This document shows, piece by piece, positions 24,369-37,458 of a stretch of DNA of 64,000 nt. Position 1 is the stretch's first letter, and the number at the start of each line of letters is the position of its first letter. This DNA comes from Negaprion brevirostris (lineage: Eukaryota), in the NCBI GenBank assembly GCA_030324005.1, contig JARDVH010000042.1:76403695-76467694 (forward strand), given 5' to 3'. The notes under the pieces are model-generated. The model made no database searches, was not told the DNA's origin, and saw nothing but the letters and a program-made list of their open reading frames with translations. The position numbers and the translations under genes are program-made.

Positions 24369-27300
24369 AAGTTGCTGAAGCTGCAAGACAGATTCACAAA
24401 GTATTTCATATTTATATATGTGTGTATCTTAAAAACCTAATTTATTAAAATAACGTGTGAACGCTTTGGAGTTCTATCAAGTCATCCCGCAAAATTGTAC
24501 AACACTTTGAACATTGTGCAATAAGGGTGTTAATAGCATAATTAAAAAAGGGCAACAAAGATAGCAAGCACAATTTCGTACAGCACGGCTAGAATAAATG
24601 TGAAAACATCTGGCAATACTTTAACCCCCTTAAATGTTAGCCTTGATTGCAATCAAATAACATACAGAGAATCAACAAAGCACATTCAGTAAGGGTTTAA
24701 TACAAGGTACACAACTACTGGTTACAAATAATTATCTTATCCTTATTGTGTTTTATTTGTACATATTCTTATATATGCATTCAGAACACACACAACACAA
24801 GTGAATACTCAAAGTAAAAAGACATTTAACTTGATACGCATATAAAAAATTAACACTAATAACCACAGTTTCTTGTTTTGTGAAAAGTGAGAAATATAAT
24901 TTAGTTGGAATACAGAAGTATTATTAGCTATCTGGAGGCTGTTAGGAGAGCTTGTATGCACAACGCACACATTGGGTGGCTGCCATTTTGGAAATCTTAC
25001 CTCCCACTATAGATTTGTTTTGTTGTTGTCAATGTAATACTTGGTATTTTAGATATTTATAATACGGATTAATCAAATATTTGATTGTATTACTGAAAAA
25101 TACAATTCTGGTCTGTTCAGGAACATTAGATGTAAATATTTCCATTTATTTGATATTCATTAAGTTGGACGAAAAACATGGCTCAATATAAAAAGGAAAT
25201 TTCTGCCTCGTACAAGCAGAGTGATTTGTGCCTTGTGTTCTCTGTAAGATTATTAATTCCATTTCACTCAGTCCACACTCAAAAGAATGCCAACAGTATG
25301 TCAGCTTTATGCAGGGCAGGACAATTGTGACTAACATGGTCCAAGTGCATATTGATAAACAACTTTTTCTGAATACTTAGGGCCTTTATTCTCATGTATG
25401 GGAAACACAGGGCTAGTTTATGCTTGTCACATCAAACAGTGCCTTTCAGATGGCACATGTTGATTATTGGACCTCAATGTGCATTATCTGAGTAAAATGT
25501 ACTTAATGAGATTTGGATTGCTTTTCACTTCCTTCACCTTGTAAACAGGAGGCACAAACTGGGGCTGATAGCCTTACCATTATGTTAATGCAACTGGTTC
25601 ATGGAGTTTAGATTGCTTTATCAAGTTTAAGGTGCAATATCAATGCAAGTTTATTGTTGTTGGCTCCACTTTGAAAGAAGCGACATGGTGGTTCAGGCAA
25701 TAGCATCAGGGATCAGAAGAGGCCTTTTGGCCCATCGAGTCTGCACCAACCTGAGAGAAACATCTGGCCTCCTACCTAAGCCCATAGCCTTTAACGTTAA
25801 GTGCTAAGTGCTTTTTGAAGGATGCTCCCAGGCAGCACATTCCAGACCGTCACCACACTTTGGTGAAAAAATATTTTGCTCACATCCCATCAATAGACAC
25901 TTTTTAATATGGAAATTGGAGTCTTAAGGCTTAAATGAAACACTCAACTGCCATTTTTTTGCTAGAGTTGGTTGGATTCTGTACCATCCACTCTGTGGAT
26001 GATGGAACTTAAGAGACCTGATAAATACAGGCATAAGATTGTTTTTGTGAGCCTTGGAGGTGTAGGGCTGCTGCTGCTCTAAGGCCCTCATTCTGCACAA
26101 CTCAATCCATCCCACTATGATAATCTATTATGCTCGAGGCTTAATCAACTTTGCCTTAAAACCACAATTCAGTGAACTGAATCTGGATACTATATGATAT
26201 TTTTCAACTCATCTGTCAAATTGAATTGAGCAGGGGCTCGAAAACATGGGGCTTCCACTGATTGTTGTGTAAAAGGCAAAATTAACCCCATTATATCTCC
26301 ATAGACTTACTATGGTTTCTCCTTGTTGCTTTTCTGAAACCAAATAGAGCTTATCTTTGTGTGTAATATTTACAAATAGCATTACAGGTAGTCTCAGTCA
26401 CTGTTTTTATATAATACGTACACCAGATCATCAAATGCCAATATTATTTGCATGATAGAGTCGTCAAATTCATTGCCTACTTTCTTTCTCAGAATTAAAT
26501 AACGCACACTGCTTAAAATAGTTTAAAACAACTTCTTCAAAGAGTTTGGTGCATTTTTGTAGTTATTTTGTGATCATGTTGGATGCATCCACTAATTTGC
26601 ACAAGTAATTGCTTAACCCTATAAGTCAAATGGAGAAAGTACTTATGCGATTGCTCTCTGCACGCTAAACTTCAATAAAACTTTCAAATCAAGTTTTATT
26701 TAACACAATATTTTTGTCTTCTGTGATGAAAACCAGATATTTTCTTTTAGGTCAAATATACAACCTAGGAAAACATACTTTAAGAAATACCTAGTCTGAA
26801 ATAGATGGTAAATTCAGGTGCTTCCTGTATGATGTATGACTAGAACCAGATTACAGAAACTGGAAATAAACTGTTGCAAGAGCTTTAAAAACTTAGATTA
26901 GTTTTGTTGCAATTATAACCCCTTTATCAGTCTTCCTTCCTCCATACTGCACTCCTAGGGTGGGAGTCTTTCATCCTATATTCCTCCATAGTTGCCATCA
27001 CTGTTTCCCCATGTAAAGCCATAGAAAGAATGATTTGCATGTTATACCTTCTTGGCCTTAAGTGTTTCCTCTGTTAAACTGGGCAAAATCCAGAAAACTG
27101 GTACTCTAAGGATCATTGACTTTGGGTACCATTTATGACTGGATAGTGACCCTATTTTAATGTATAATAGTCCTCCATGCCATCTGTAAAACAAAATAAA
27201 TTCTAGTAACTGTTCTTTATCCAAAGTTTCAGAACCAAATGTCCCATTGTCATTGTTTTTTTGATTAAATTGATTTGATTCAGTTAACATTTGAAAGGCT

Positions 27301-28304
27301 TGTATATTTTTTTCCTTCCTTAAGCTCTATTACCGTTACTAGTTTGAAGGTTCAGCCATGAAAATGAACAAAGCAGACAAATGAGCATTTATTTNNNNNN
27401 NNNNTTTATTTTAATGTCTAACAATATGCTTAATTTACTCCTTACCAATGTGATTTCATTAACCTGCCTTTTTCTCTAGAGTGGAGTTTTGTCTACACAG
27501 CAATGAGTTAAATCTATACCTAGAACACTGGATGCCCAGTTCACTAAGACTGTACAAACTACATCCTCAAGAATACTTATGATTCCAAATGTTGATGAAT
27601 GAAAATAAAAGCAATTGAGAAAAGGGGAGGAGCTGTGTCAAAGAACCAAAACAAAGAGAGTGGGGCCATGCCTTTCACATTATAAGATTGCCAAAAACAA
27701 AAGGAGATCAAAAATGTGATTCCTTACCCACCCCTAGATGGGAATCACTGACTTGCAGTGTAAGCTAGCTCTGTTAGGATCTTCAAGTCAGCGTCACTAC
27801 TTTTCACCAATTACATCAAAGGCACTTCAGCAAGGATTTGTCCTCACAGCTGATGTCTTAGCATATCATAATGAAAGCATTTGAAATAAATAAACTTCAA
27901 TATGGCAGGCTACTTCTTCAACTGACTTGCCATGTGATCTGACAAGCAGTTACTTTTTCCCTTGGGAGTGTGGATACATGGTACAACTAAACTCTCAATA
28001 ATTTATTCTAATGAAATTACAACTACCATTGGAAATGAGCTGTTCCTCTGTACAGTAAGCAACTGATGTTGGTGATAAAACTTAGTAACCAGGAATTATG
28101 CCAAGGAGATCTTGTGAGCCATTGCTTAGTGATGGCATAGTCCACTTTGTTAGCTTGATTTTTTAAAGCATAAAAAATTATTTGACTCTGTGATGTGATT
28201 GGATTAGAAAGGAAATTCTGTAGAATCATAAAATAGTGGATCATGGTGGAGTGTATTTTACAATTGAGATAAAGGAATTCTGACTCTTAAGAACTGCAGT
28301 TTCT

Positions 28305-28562
28305 TGGGAACACCATCACCTGCAAATTCCACTTCAAGCCACACACCATCCTGACTAGGAATGATATCTCCATTGCTTCACTGTCACTGAGTCAAAATGC
28401 TGGAACTCCCTCCCTAACAGCACTGTGGCTATGCCTACATCACATAGACTGCAGTTTAAGAAAGTGGCTCATTACCACCTTCTCCAGGACAATGAGGGAT
28501 GGGCAATAAAAGCAGATGTAATCAGTGATGCCCGCATTGTGTGAAAAAATATATAAAAAAAA
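28305..28562 (+). mobile_element. 3' end of LINE family B (CR1/L2-group)
   Basis: CACACCATCCTGAC...GTCAAAAT.CTGGAACTCCCTCCCTAACAGCACTGTG...GGGCAATAAA...poly(A). Matches 53320-53545. Confidence 0.75.
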
Positions 28563-28979
28563 CATTTAGCAGATGTGATATAGTTGCAAGATTGCTCCTT
28601 TCCATGAAATCATCTTAGTATCAAATTTAATCATGATCCTGTTGAATATTGTAGAGTTCAGATTTCATGCTGGTTGGACTACCAGACTGAATAAATGGGT
28701 GCCTTTAAAATGAGTTCACATGAAATGCCAATTTATTTTGTGAAAAGCAGACATTGTTGACATGCAGAACCTGAGAGAACTGACCTTCCCACCTAGATTC
28801 AATGTCCTGGAAAACACATCAGGAGAGAAGGTAGCAAATAGAATGTCAAATAAACAGATGATTAACAGAACAAAATACTGAATCTTTTCTACTTTGCATT
28901 GTCAAAAGAAAGCTTCATTGTACTGACTTGAAGAAGATGTTTTGTGCTAATGGCAGAGTATGAGATATCTAGATTGCTG

Positions 28980-29209
28980 CTGACAGTCAAGATGTGGAGA
29001 TGCCGGCGTTGGACTGGGGTAAACACAGTAAGAAGTCTGACCACACCAGGTTTAAGTCCAACCAATTTATTTGATAGTAAATTCACAAGCTTTTGGGGTT
29101 TGCCCCTTCATCATNNNNNNNNNNNNNNNNNNNNNNNNNNNNNGTTTACTATTAAATAAACTGGTTGGACTTAAACCTGGTGTTGTCAGACTTCTGACAG
29201 TCAAGATGT
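28980..29209 (-). mobile_element. Short Penelope-like insertion (family 1) with inverted terminal repeats and a 16-bp target-site duplication
   Basis: Terminal repeat in opposite orientations on either side of a small gap. CTGACAGTCAAGATGT occurs at 28980-28995 and 29194-29209. Confidence 0.8.
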
Positions 29210-29369
29210 CAGGGACAGATAATTCAAGATCAGATATAGTTTCCAATTTCTGGAGAAAAATTCTAATGCCAGGAAGCTTTCACAACCTGCTGATGGCCAG
29301 AATTTTAAGATCCAACAGTCACATTTTCCTGGGCAATAGTCACCTAAAGATGAGAAACATTTTGTGGGT

Positions 29370-29790
29370 GCCAGTCTTGGCTGCGTGGTAACAGTTTTAC
29401 CTTTGAGTCAGAAGGTAATGTATTCAAACACCATTTCAGAAATTTGAGTCCATAATCTAGGTTAACATTTCGGTACAATAATTGAGGCAGTGTTGCACTG
29501 TCAGACGTGCTACTTTTCAAATGAGATGTTAACCTGAGGGATCATCTGCCTTCTCGGGTGTAAAAGATCACGTGGCACTATTTTGAAAAGATAATTGTCT
29601 TATCAATTCCTCAATCAACATCACTAAGACAGATTATTTGGTCATTAACTCACTGCAAATGAGGGATCATCCTGTGCACAACTCGCTGCCATATATTCTT
29701 ACACCAAAGAATGCTGCAGAAATACTTAATTGCTATAAAATGCTTTGGCACACCCTGAGGTCATTAAAGGTACTGAGTGAATACAAGATG
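29370..29790 (+). mobile_element. SacSINE1/AmnSINE1-like DeuSINE, near full length and old
   Basis: Head TGAGTCAGAAGG, Deu-domain-like CCTCAATCAACATCACTAAGACAGATTATTTGGTCATT, tail GCTTTGG...CCTGAGGTC. Confidence 0.7.
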
Positions 29791-31921
29791 GTTATTCCTC
29801 TTGAACCATCAAATAACCGGCTGTAAACTCTGATGTTTTAAACTGGTGATGGACCCAGAAAGAATTAGAAGCTTTGTTCTTCTTAGTGCATTCAAGGATT
29901 ATTGTTATGGTGATGATTTAAAAAACAGGGTTTTTACTGAAGAATTTGCAATGATTGTATAAGGTTAATGTGAAATATATCTACACTAACCAAGATGCAT
30001 TGCATAATCTCTCAAAAGCATTACTGATATTGGGTTATTAATGAAAAGAAATTCCTGTCAGACACAACTTGTATACAATCATGAGTGGTACTGGAAAGCG
30101 TGATCTAGGGAGTATTTTCTTGTGAAGCAGTTATTGATACTGGCACTAACACGGCAGCAAAAACAGTCAATAAGTTCAGGTGACCTTGGTGGCACAAGGA
30201 AGGTCTCTGGTTAGTTTAAATTTTCTTAGAATGTGGTAACATGTCACATAACTGGCCATGAGGACTCCCTGGACTACAAGATTCTTCTAAATACATTCAT
30301 CAACGCGACCCCTATTTTATTCTGATTTTTTGAAGGACACCAACATACTGCATATTTTTATACGGATTTCAATATACCAAGGGCTTGACAGAACATCATC
30401 CTGAATGATCAAACAAGGAGGATGAGTAAGATTTGCTGAAGAATGCATTGACTTCTGAAGTCTTGCTCACCTGACATTGTAGAGTTCACATTGGCCAGAC
30501 TGTCCTAATTTATTTTCTTTTATTTCTAAGTTGTTCTCTCTCCTTGGTTTTGATTATAATTCAAAATCTCACATTGAGAGAAAGCAATGCTTCCAGACTC
30601 TGCTTTTACAGCGAAACTCCCAAGAGTGAATAAATAGAAAGTAGGCATAAAGGAATGTACTTGGGTGACATGGCAATTTAATGTTGCAAGCTTTGCTGTG
30701 AAAGCAACACTAACAATGCATTTTCTTACAATATTATTCATAAATATTTTTCCTGTGACTAGTGTCTTATCATTGAAATTGTGGGAATGAACTTCTGTAG
30801 CTCCTCTGCTAAACTAGGGCAAGGAGGAAACACCATTCTATTCTCTTGTCTTCCATATTTTTTTCACAGGTAAATTATGAAAACTCTAAGGAAAATCTTA
30901 TTCCATATTTCATCATTGAATGATTTGAAAAAGTTAAGAAACATAAAAGAACTTTCAAAGAAGATGTCCTGACTAGCTGCAGCAGAGTAGAAGAATGTCC
31001 TTGAACTAGGGTGATTATTAATATTGCATGTTATTTTAAAACCTGTGCTTTGGAGAGGCAGAAATATGCCATTCAAAAAAAATCTTTCTCCCCTGTGTCT
31101 TGATGCTCTTTACCATTCTCTATACAAAAGGGAGGGGAGGTGACAAGATTTTTTTCAATACTGCTCGAGAAGGCAGCTAAGAGGTGTGCGGGATATTTTA
31201 GATGTCCCTAACTTCAGATTCCTCCCCTTTCCCTCATCCTTCCCCCAGAAAGAATCTTCCATCCACCTAGACCTTGGTTGTAGGACCATTTTAGGAACTG
31301 AGGCTGCATCGAATTTATGAGACACAAGCATCCATTCTATCACTCTTTGCTATAGTGTATCTTAGCACCAATATATCATGTCAATGTGTATGATTTCCAG
31401 TCTTCCAGTCAATGGTGCACATATGAAGTTGATTTATGAGTCTGTAAGTACCAGATTAATTTGAATAAAAGTGTTTTCACATGAATCTGCAATCACCAAA
31501 CTGGGAAAGTACACTCTCCCTAGAATTTTTTAAATCAAATATCAGTTTAAAATATTTTGGAATAAACCTCAGTCAACAGTTTTGTGAAATTAGCTAACAG
31601 ATTTGTAAATTTTAATTTTTACTTCGATTTAGTGCATCTGTGTGGTGCTCTTTCAAGGTATAGGCATTCAATTCATGGATTGGCACGATAAAAGAAAAAC
31701 TGTAATTTGCACAACTAATGAAAGGTAATTAAAGCTTTTCTGTGTTATTCTTCCTAAATAAAAAGGCACTGTAAAAGAAAGAAAAAGAGTTAAAAGCAGA
31801 GGAAAGCACAGGAGGCAGGATTGAGATGGCACTGCAAGATTATGTGTCACAAAATACTATAGTCTGTCATAGACCATATGCTTCTACTTCCAGTTACTTA
31901 AAGAACAGCTTCCAAAAATTT

Positions 31922-31927
31922 TTTATT
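31922..31927 (-). terminator. Candidate polyadenylation signal of GNG7
   Basis: AATAAA on the minus strand at the end of a ~1.7-kb AT-rich, repeat-free tract downstream of the GNG7 stop codon. Confidence 0.45.
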
Positions 31928-33610
31928 GCACAACTACATTTTCAAATGCTTTAAGAATTTTAATATGAAAAATGATCTTGTTCACTGTGTACTTGGACAT
32001 TTGCAAAATGCATTTCATCATACAGTAACTTGTAGTGAAGTTTATGGTGGCGTTCGTTCTTGTGAGACAAATCTGGTTCTTAAAAAAGTTTTAAATATAA
32101 ATATGGCAGGCTTACCTAACACTTAACAGCTGAGAATAAAAAGGCAACAATGCAAGGCAGCTGAAAGAACAATGCACATGCAACCTGTTTAAAGATGTTA
32201 AACAGAAAAATCTTGGCAAATGTTTTAACACTTGTCTTCCAATACAATAATAAATGTTTTTTTAAAATCCTTCTAGTTTTTAAAGTTTTCTAACACTTCA
32301 CAATGACATAAGTCACTTGGCATTTTGATGGTTTTTGGCACAAGACTACAGTTTGTGATCCTCAAGAGGTTTCTTGTAATGAACAAGGACATGTGAAGAG
32401 CTGTGGCTCATTTGACACATAGGCAAATATTTCTTTCTCAACCTTTGCTTTAGTTTTAAACTGACACTTCCAGAGGTTTTATCAATCTGCAGCTGCTGGC
32501 ATGCCACTGAACAGATTTTTCTCTCTGCATGGTAAATGTATACTGTGGGTAATACTGCAAATAACAGATGAGAATTTAAGTTTCAAATAAAAATTCAATA
32601 AGCACGATTTCAAGGAGTTATAAATTAACAATATGAATGTGAAATATGTTGAAGTATACTACAGTTTAGTCTAGGATCTTCGAATATGGTGCGCATACAC
32701 TCTCATGGCAATAAAAATAAGTCTTATCCTTTGCATTGTTGGATAATTTGTTCACTTAAAGTGGAGTGAAGAAAATTTATGTTCGGGTAGATAGAACAAG
32801 TTACCTAAATCTACACAAATGCCATGAGCATCGAAATGGATTGTATGGGGACCCCTGGTGTTACTTTTGAGGGAATGAAATATTTGCATCCGCTGAGCAA
32901 AATATTTTCAATTTTACGTTATACTGTTTAGCAAAGACAACTATGAATCATCCTATAGTTTGGGCTGTTTGTCTATGGTTAACTACCAGGTCTTAAGAAA
33001 AACAGGTGAAGAATGAATGAATAAAACATTGATTATTTACATCAGTTTACCTTGGCAAATACTTTGGTAGTGTATGGAATTTAAAAGGCCAGGGAAGTAA
33101 AACTACACCGCTACACCAGCACATAACTAATTGCTAATGACAATAAAGATGAACAATGTGACATTTAAAAATGTAATGGATGCAGTCAATTGCTCCCCTT
33201 CATCTAATGTGTTATTGCCCAAACTATATTATCTTCCAAATGTACACTCTTTACACATACACTTTTAATTTTTTTAGAGAATTTTTAGGCAAAAATATTA
33301 TTCTTGCCGAGTTAGCTTTTTTAAACCTAAGATCTTAATATTACAATCAGAAAATCTATCATAAAAGTCCAAAATAGCAATCCTTTTTCAAAGCTCTTCA
33401 CCATAACATCTTCTTTCCTTCACTTCCATAAACATGCTTAGTTGACAAACAAACAGAATCCAACTTTTTTTCCTATTTTTTAAAACACATTTCCACAGCA
33501 GTCCTGCATTTCAGAAGCTGCATTTGCTTCTCAAGGTCTGATTACCAATAGAAATTCTTGGCAGGTCCTCTGATGCTGTGGTTAGTTTGTGAAAGGATGG
33601 CTGGCAGCAG

Positions 33611-33736
33611 CTATAGAATGGTGCAAGGTTTTTTATCCTTGAAAGGGTTTTCAGAGGCTGGCACTCCAACGAGCAATGGGTCATTCCGTGCATGCTGTTC
33701 ACAGTAGTTCATCAAATCTACAGCTGCCTTTGATAC
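33611..33736 (-). CDS. GNG7: G protein subunit gamma 7, last coding exon
   Basis: Acceptor TTGACAG|GTA. Translates to [41 protein letters not shown], with the GGL-domain DPLL and NPF motifs and a CaaX end. Joins 56047 in phase 0. Absent from the supplied ORF track. Confidence 0.96.
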   Translation of the reverse strand, partial: VSKAAVDLMNYCEQHARNDPLLVGVPASENPFKDKKPCTIL

Positions 33737-34399
33737 CTGTCAAGGTTAAAGAATCATCAATGACATTGACTACTCATAATGATGTAACAGAGCACAGAAA
33801 AACATGGACTGCTTGCAGTGTTTTGCACATTCTGCAGCTTTAACCTCGGTCTTACAGCAGTAAAAGCATAAACATGGCATGAAACTACAAAATTATTACT
33901 TTCTTCAGAAAATATTTTCTCTCTAAATTGTATGTCTAGTTCATCCCCTTATTAGTCCTCAAGGTTGAAAAGTGAGATCAAAATCCTCCAACAGACCCAA
34001 ATTATTACCATAAATTAGTTGGCTATTTTCCTGAAAATGTTTATATTCTTTCTGTTGCAACAGTAACACAGATCTGACAAATAAGATGACATCAACCTGT
34101 ACATTTTTCTTTAACTTATTTGATAGTAAATAATCCTAACAATGACCTTGTGGAGTGTCACAGAATAAATATTTTAGAAAGTATGGAGAAAAATAAAATC
34201 TGTAATTTGTCTCTTTGGCCTGGAAATGATGCGCAGCAATATTAATAACATTCCTCTGTGCTACTCAGATGCATTTAAAGTAAATGGCTTAAATGTCTGT
34301 GTTAAAATAGTGGAGAAAAGAATTTGATATAAACATGTGAAGCATTTGTACAACATAACTCACAATAAACTTCCAGACTTATTTATTGTAAGCAAACAT

Positions 34400-34720
34400 A
34401 AGAAAGAGTGGAGTCCAATCTCACGGCTGCTCTCGAGGTAGCTGGAGCTGCATTATAAATTTATTTTCTCAGAAAGTACTTCTCTGCAGCCCGAAAAGAA
34501 CTCAGTCTCTGCTTTCTTCCCTTTAGCCACTTCTGTATCAATCCCTTTAATCCCAGTCTTTTTAATCCCATCAGCTTTAATTTTACATACAACTTTATTA
34601 TATGTCATGTTAGTCCATAGACATATCAACCACAGTACCCTCATCAAAGAACTCAATGTAATTAGTTAAGCATGAACAACCTTTAACAAATCTGCACTGG
34701 GTTTCCTTTAACAGCTCATA
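34400..34720 (-). mobile_element. Highly decayed CR1-type LINE fragment
   Basis: QCRFVKG.SCLTN.IEFFDEGT..VD..MD on the minus strand. Confidence 0.6.
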
Positions 34721-34804
34721 TATTTTCAGCAAATATATCTGTGCTGTGAGATCTCTACTTGAACTGACTTGTATTATTGGGACCTGCATTTTACTGTACA
34801 TGTA

Positions 34805-34950
34805 AGAAGGAATTACAGTTATACAGCACTTTTCATAGCCTCAAGGCATCCCAAAGCTTCACATTCTTTGAAATACTTTTGAAGTATGGTCACCATTGTA
34901 ATGTAGGAAAACATGACATCCAAGTTGCATAGAGCAAGATCCCATAAGTA
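34805..34950 (-). mobile_element. DeuSINE (SacSINE1-like) 3' fragment
   Basis: Reverse of TTTCCTACATTACAA..GTGAC.ATACTTCAAAAGTA...GCTTTGGGATG.CTTGAGG..ATGAAAAG.GCT. Confidence 0.65.
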
Positions 34951-36075
34951 TTAATTTCACTCTTCTGAAACAGGAGCCCAGAACTACTGAAAAAGCAAAA
35001 CCTTTTTAATCTATTATCTGCTTTTCCCTAAAAATAGTTGATAGGTTTAGCATTCCATTCAACCATTAGTAGTCTTCACTGGTTTTCTTCATAAATTCTC
35101 AACTAACAATTATGATTTAGCTTGAAACAGTATTCAGGATTTTTAAAAAATTCTCTTAATAGCTAAAATGTGGGGGCATGGGAGGGCAATGAGGGGAAGA
35201 CCACAGGTGCTAATAGGAACTAAAGTTAAACCTTCAATCAGCCACAGTGGATTCAAGATGGATAAGAGAGGGAGAGTTGGGCATTTTGCAGTATAGTTGA
35301 GAACAACCAGTGTCGGATGAAATTCTCCCACGCCTTCGCTGGTGGGGGACGGGGAGGGCGGGGTTCTTCCGTTGTGGTGGATCAGGAGTCCCATCGGAGG
35401 TCAATGTGAAACTGATTTCTATTCTGCTAATGGGATGCAGATGAAGGCCCAAATGGAATCTTCATTCCACATCTGATTCTCACAACACCATGGGAAAACA
35501 CATCAGCCCAGAATACATCTGGACCAACGTAGTGTGCATAAGACGCGCCTTACCCGAAGAAGGCCTTGAATTGCCTCTGGTGTTTGGGATGGGGGACGGA
35601 AGTGAACTTGGGCCCTGCAACATTAAAGCAGCAGATGAGGGCAGCATCTATCAGGTCGATCTTCCAGCTTCAGTGCCTTTGAGGAGGTCAATTTTCTTTC
35701 TTCAAGAGGCCCATCATCTTTCTTCAACAATGGGCTATTGATGTTGCATTTTAAACATGGCACCAAGATGTGATGGCAGGACGCATGCCATCAAGCTTGT
35801 CCTACTAAGAAGATGGTGCAAAACTCCCAGATGCATAATTAGTTGTGCCAGAAATAGAAGATATGGCATGGTTTCCCAATGGCAGCCACAGTGGGGAACA
35901 TTCCCTGTCCCTGCCATGGGACTTTGTCCCAGATTGAGAATTTCACCTGTCGATACTGGCAGTTTTCATCGCAGAGTATTGTAAGTACTTCCTTGATAGC
36001 ACAAAAAAAGTCACAATGCACAAGAAAGAACATACACAAATAGTCCATTAATAAAGGTATGGTGATCCACTAATG

Positions 36076-36753
36076 CAGGCTTTTTCAAAGTGGGGGTTGC
36101 AGGCTGGTGTAAGAAGAGTCACAGTGTTCCTTAAGCTCATCTGACTTAGGTATCAAGAATTGCATACACTATTCATAAACGCAACCAACCTCTCTGCCTC
36201 AATTTATACTCCCTTGGAACAATAGTCTCTGACCGCAAGAGGCAATAGTGAGCAGGTGAACACACCCGGCATGTATGCTTGGCGCCAAGCGCCCCATATG
36301 TTCATACGTTTGGCGCAAATTCACTTGGAGGTGAGCATTTTTTACTTGCAAGAAGACAAGAGGATTGTGGACATGGATTGTTTTGTTACAAGAGACAGCC
36401 AGAGTCACTAATGGGCAATGAACTTACTGGCCAGGATCTCACATTGGAATCTGCTGGAGAGAGCGGCTCCTGAGAATCCACAACAGGACACAGCAGTGCT
36501 ACTGTTAGCTGTGTACAGAACACCTGGTTACCTGGTGAAAGCCTACAAAGAAGATGCTAAAATTGGGAAAAAGTAGTATAAAAGTGATTTCTTGAAGTAT
36601 GGTTTTCTTAATTACATCAATGCACATCAGGATGCAAAGTCCATGTGTGTTATTTGTAGGGAAATACTGGCAAATGAGTGAATGTAGCGTGGATCCCTAA
36701 ATTTGGCCAGTTGGCAAAAGTGGGTCCCAGGAAAAAAAATTTGAAAAGCACTA
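36076..36753 (+). mobile_element. Non-autonomous hAT (Charlie/Buster-type) DNA transposon
   Basis: TIRs CAGGCTTTTTCAAA / TTTGAAAAGCACTA. Perfect 8-bp TSD CACTAATG (36068-36075, 36754-36761). Internal BED-finger remnant YKSDFLKYGF...CVICREILANE. Confidence 0.85.
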
Positions 36754-37458
36754 CACTAATGAACGGATTTCTGAAGGAACTGGCTGCATAGTTAGAAACT
36801 TGTGCTGCAGTTAATTAAGATTTATTTTCCCATGCGCTTTTCTTAATCAATGAGCAGATCATGGAAATGTATAAGTGAAGCTGGATTTAATCATTAATTA
36901 ATTTAGTTCCTTAATTTAATTCAGGCCAGCATTTATTGCCCATTCCCAATTGACCCCAAGAAGGTGATGGTGAGTCACCATTTTGAACAACTGCAGTCAA
37001 TGTGTAGGTGCACCCACAGTTAGTGAGGAAGTTCCAGGATTTTGACCCAGCGACAGTGAAGAACAGCAATATAGCTCCAAGTCAGGATGATGAGTGGTTT
37101 GGATGGGAACTTGCAGATGGTAGTGTTTTCCTGAATCTGTGCCCTTGTCCTTCCTGGGGATAGGGATTATGGGTTTGGAAAGTGCTGCAGGAGGNNNNNN
37201 NNNNNNNNNNNNNNNNNNNNNNNNNNNNNNNNNNNNNNNNNNNNNNNNNNNNNNNNNNNNNNNNNNNNNNNNNNNNNNNNNNNNNNNNNNNNNNAATCAT
37301 GCACTGCTGCTACTGTGCATCAGTGATGGAGGAGTGAATGTTGAAAGTGATGGATGGGGTGCCAATTAAGTGGGCTATTTTGTCCTGGATGGTGTGGAGC
37401 TTCTTGAATGTTGTTGAAGCTATAGTCATCCAGGCAAGTGGGAAGCATTCATCACACC

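Noticed and set aside
33540-33613. Possible stop-codon readthrough of GNG7 (TAG CTG…, about 22 more codons)
   Set aside because: The context is not the TGA-CTAG readthrough motif, and an extension would mask the CaaX box. There is no supporting evidence.
35160-36000. GC-rich tract suggestive of a decayed Harbinger transposase (similar tracts at 21000-21360, 22990-24060, 52545-52870, 56525-56820)
   Set aside because: Probably TE-derived, but I could not pin down TIRs, TSDs or catalytic motifs, so no feature was called.
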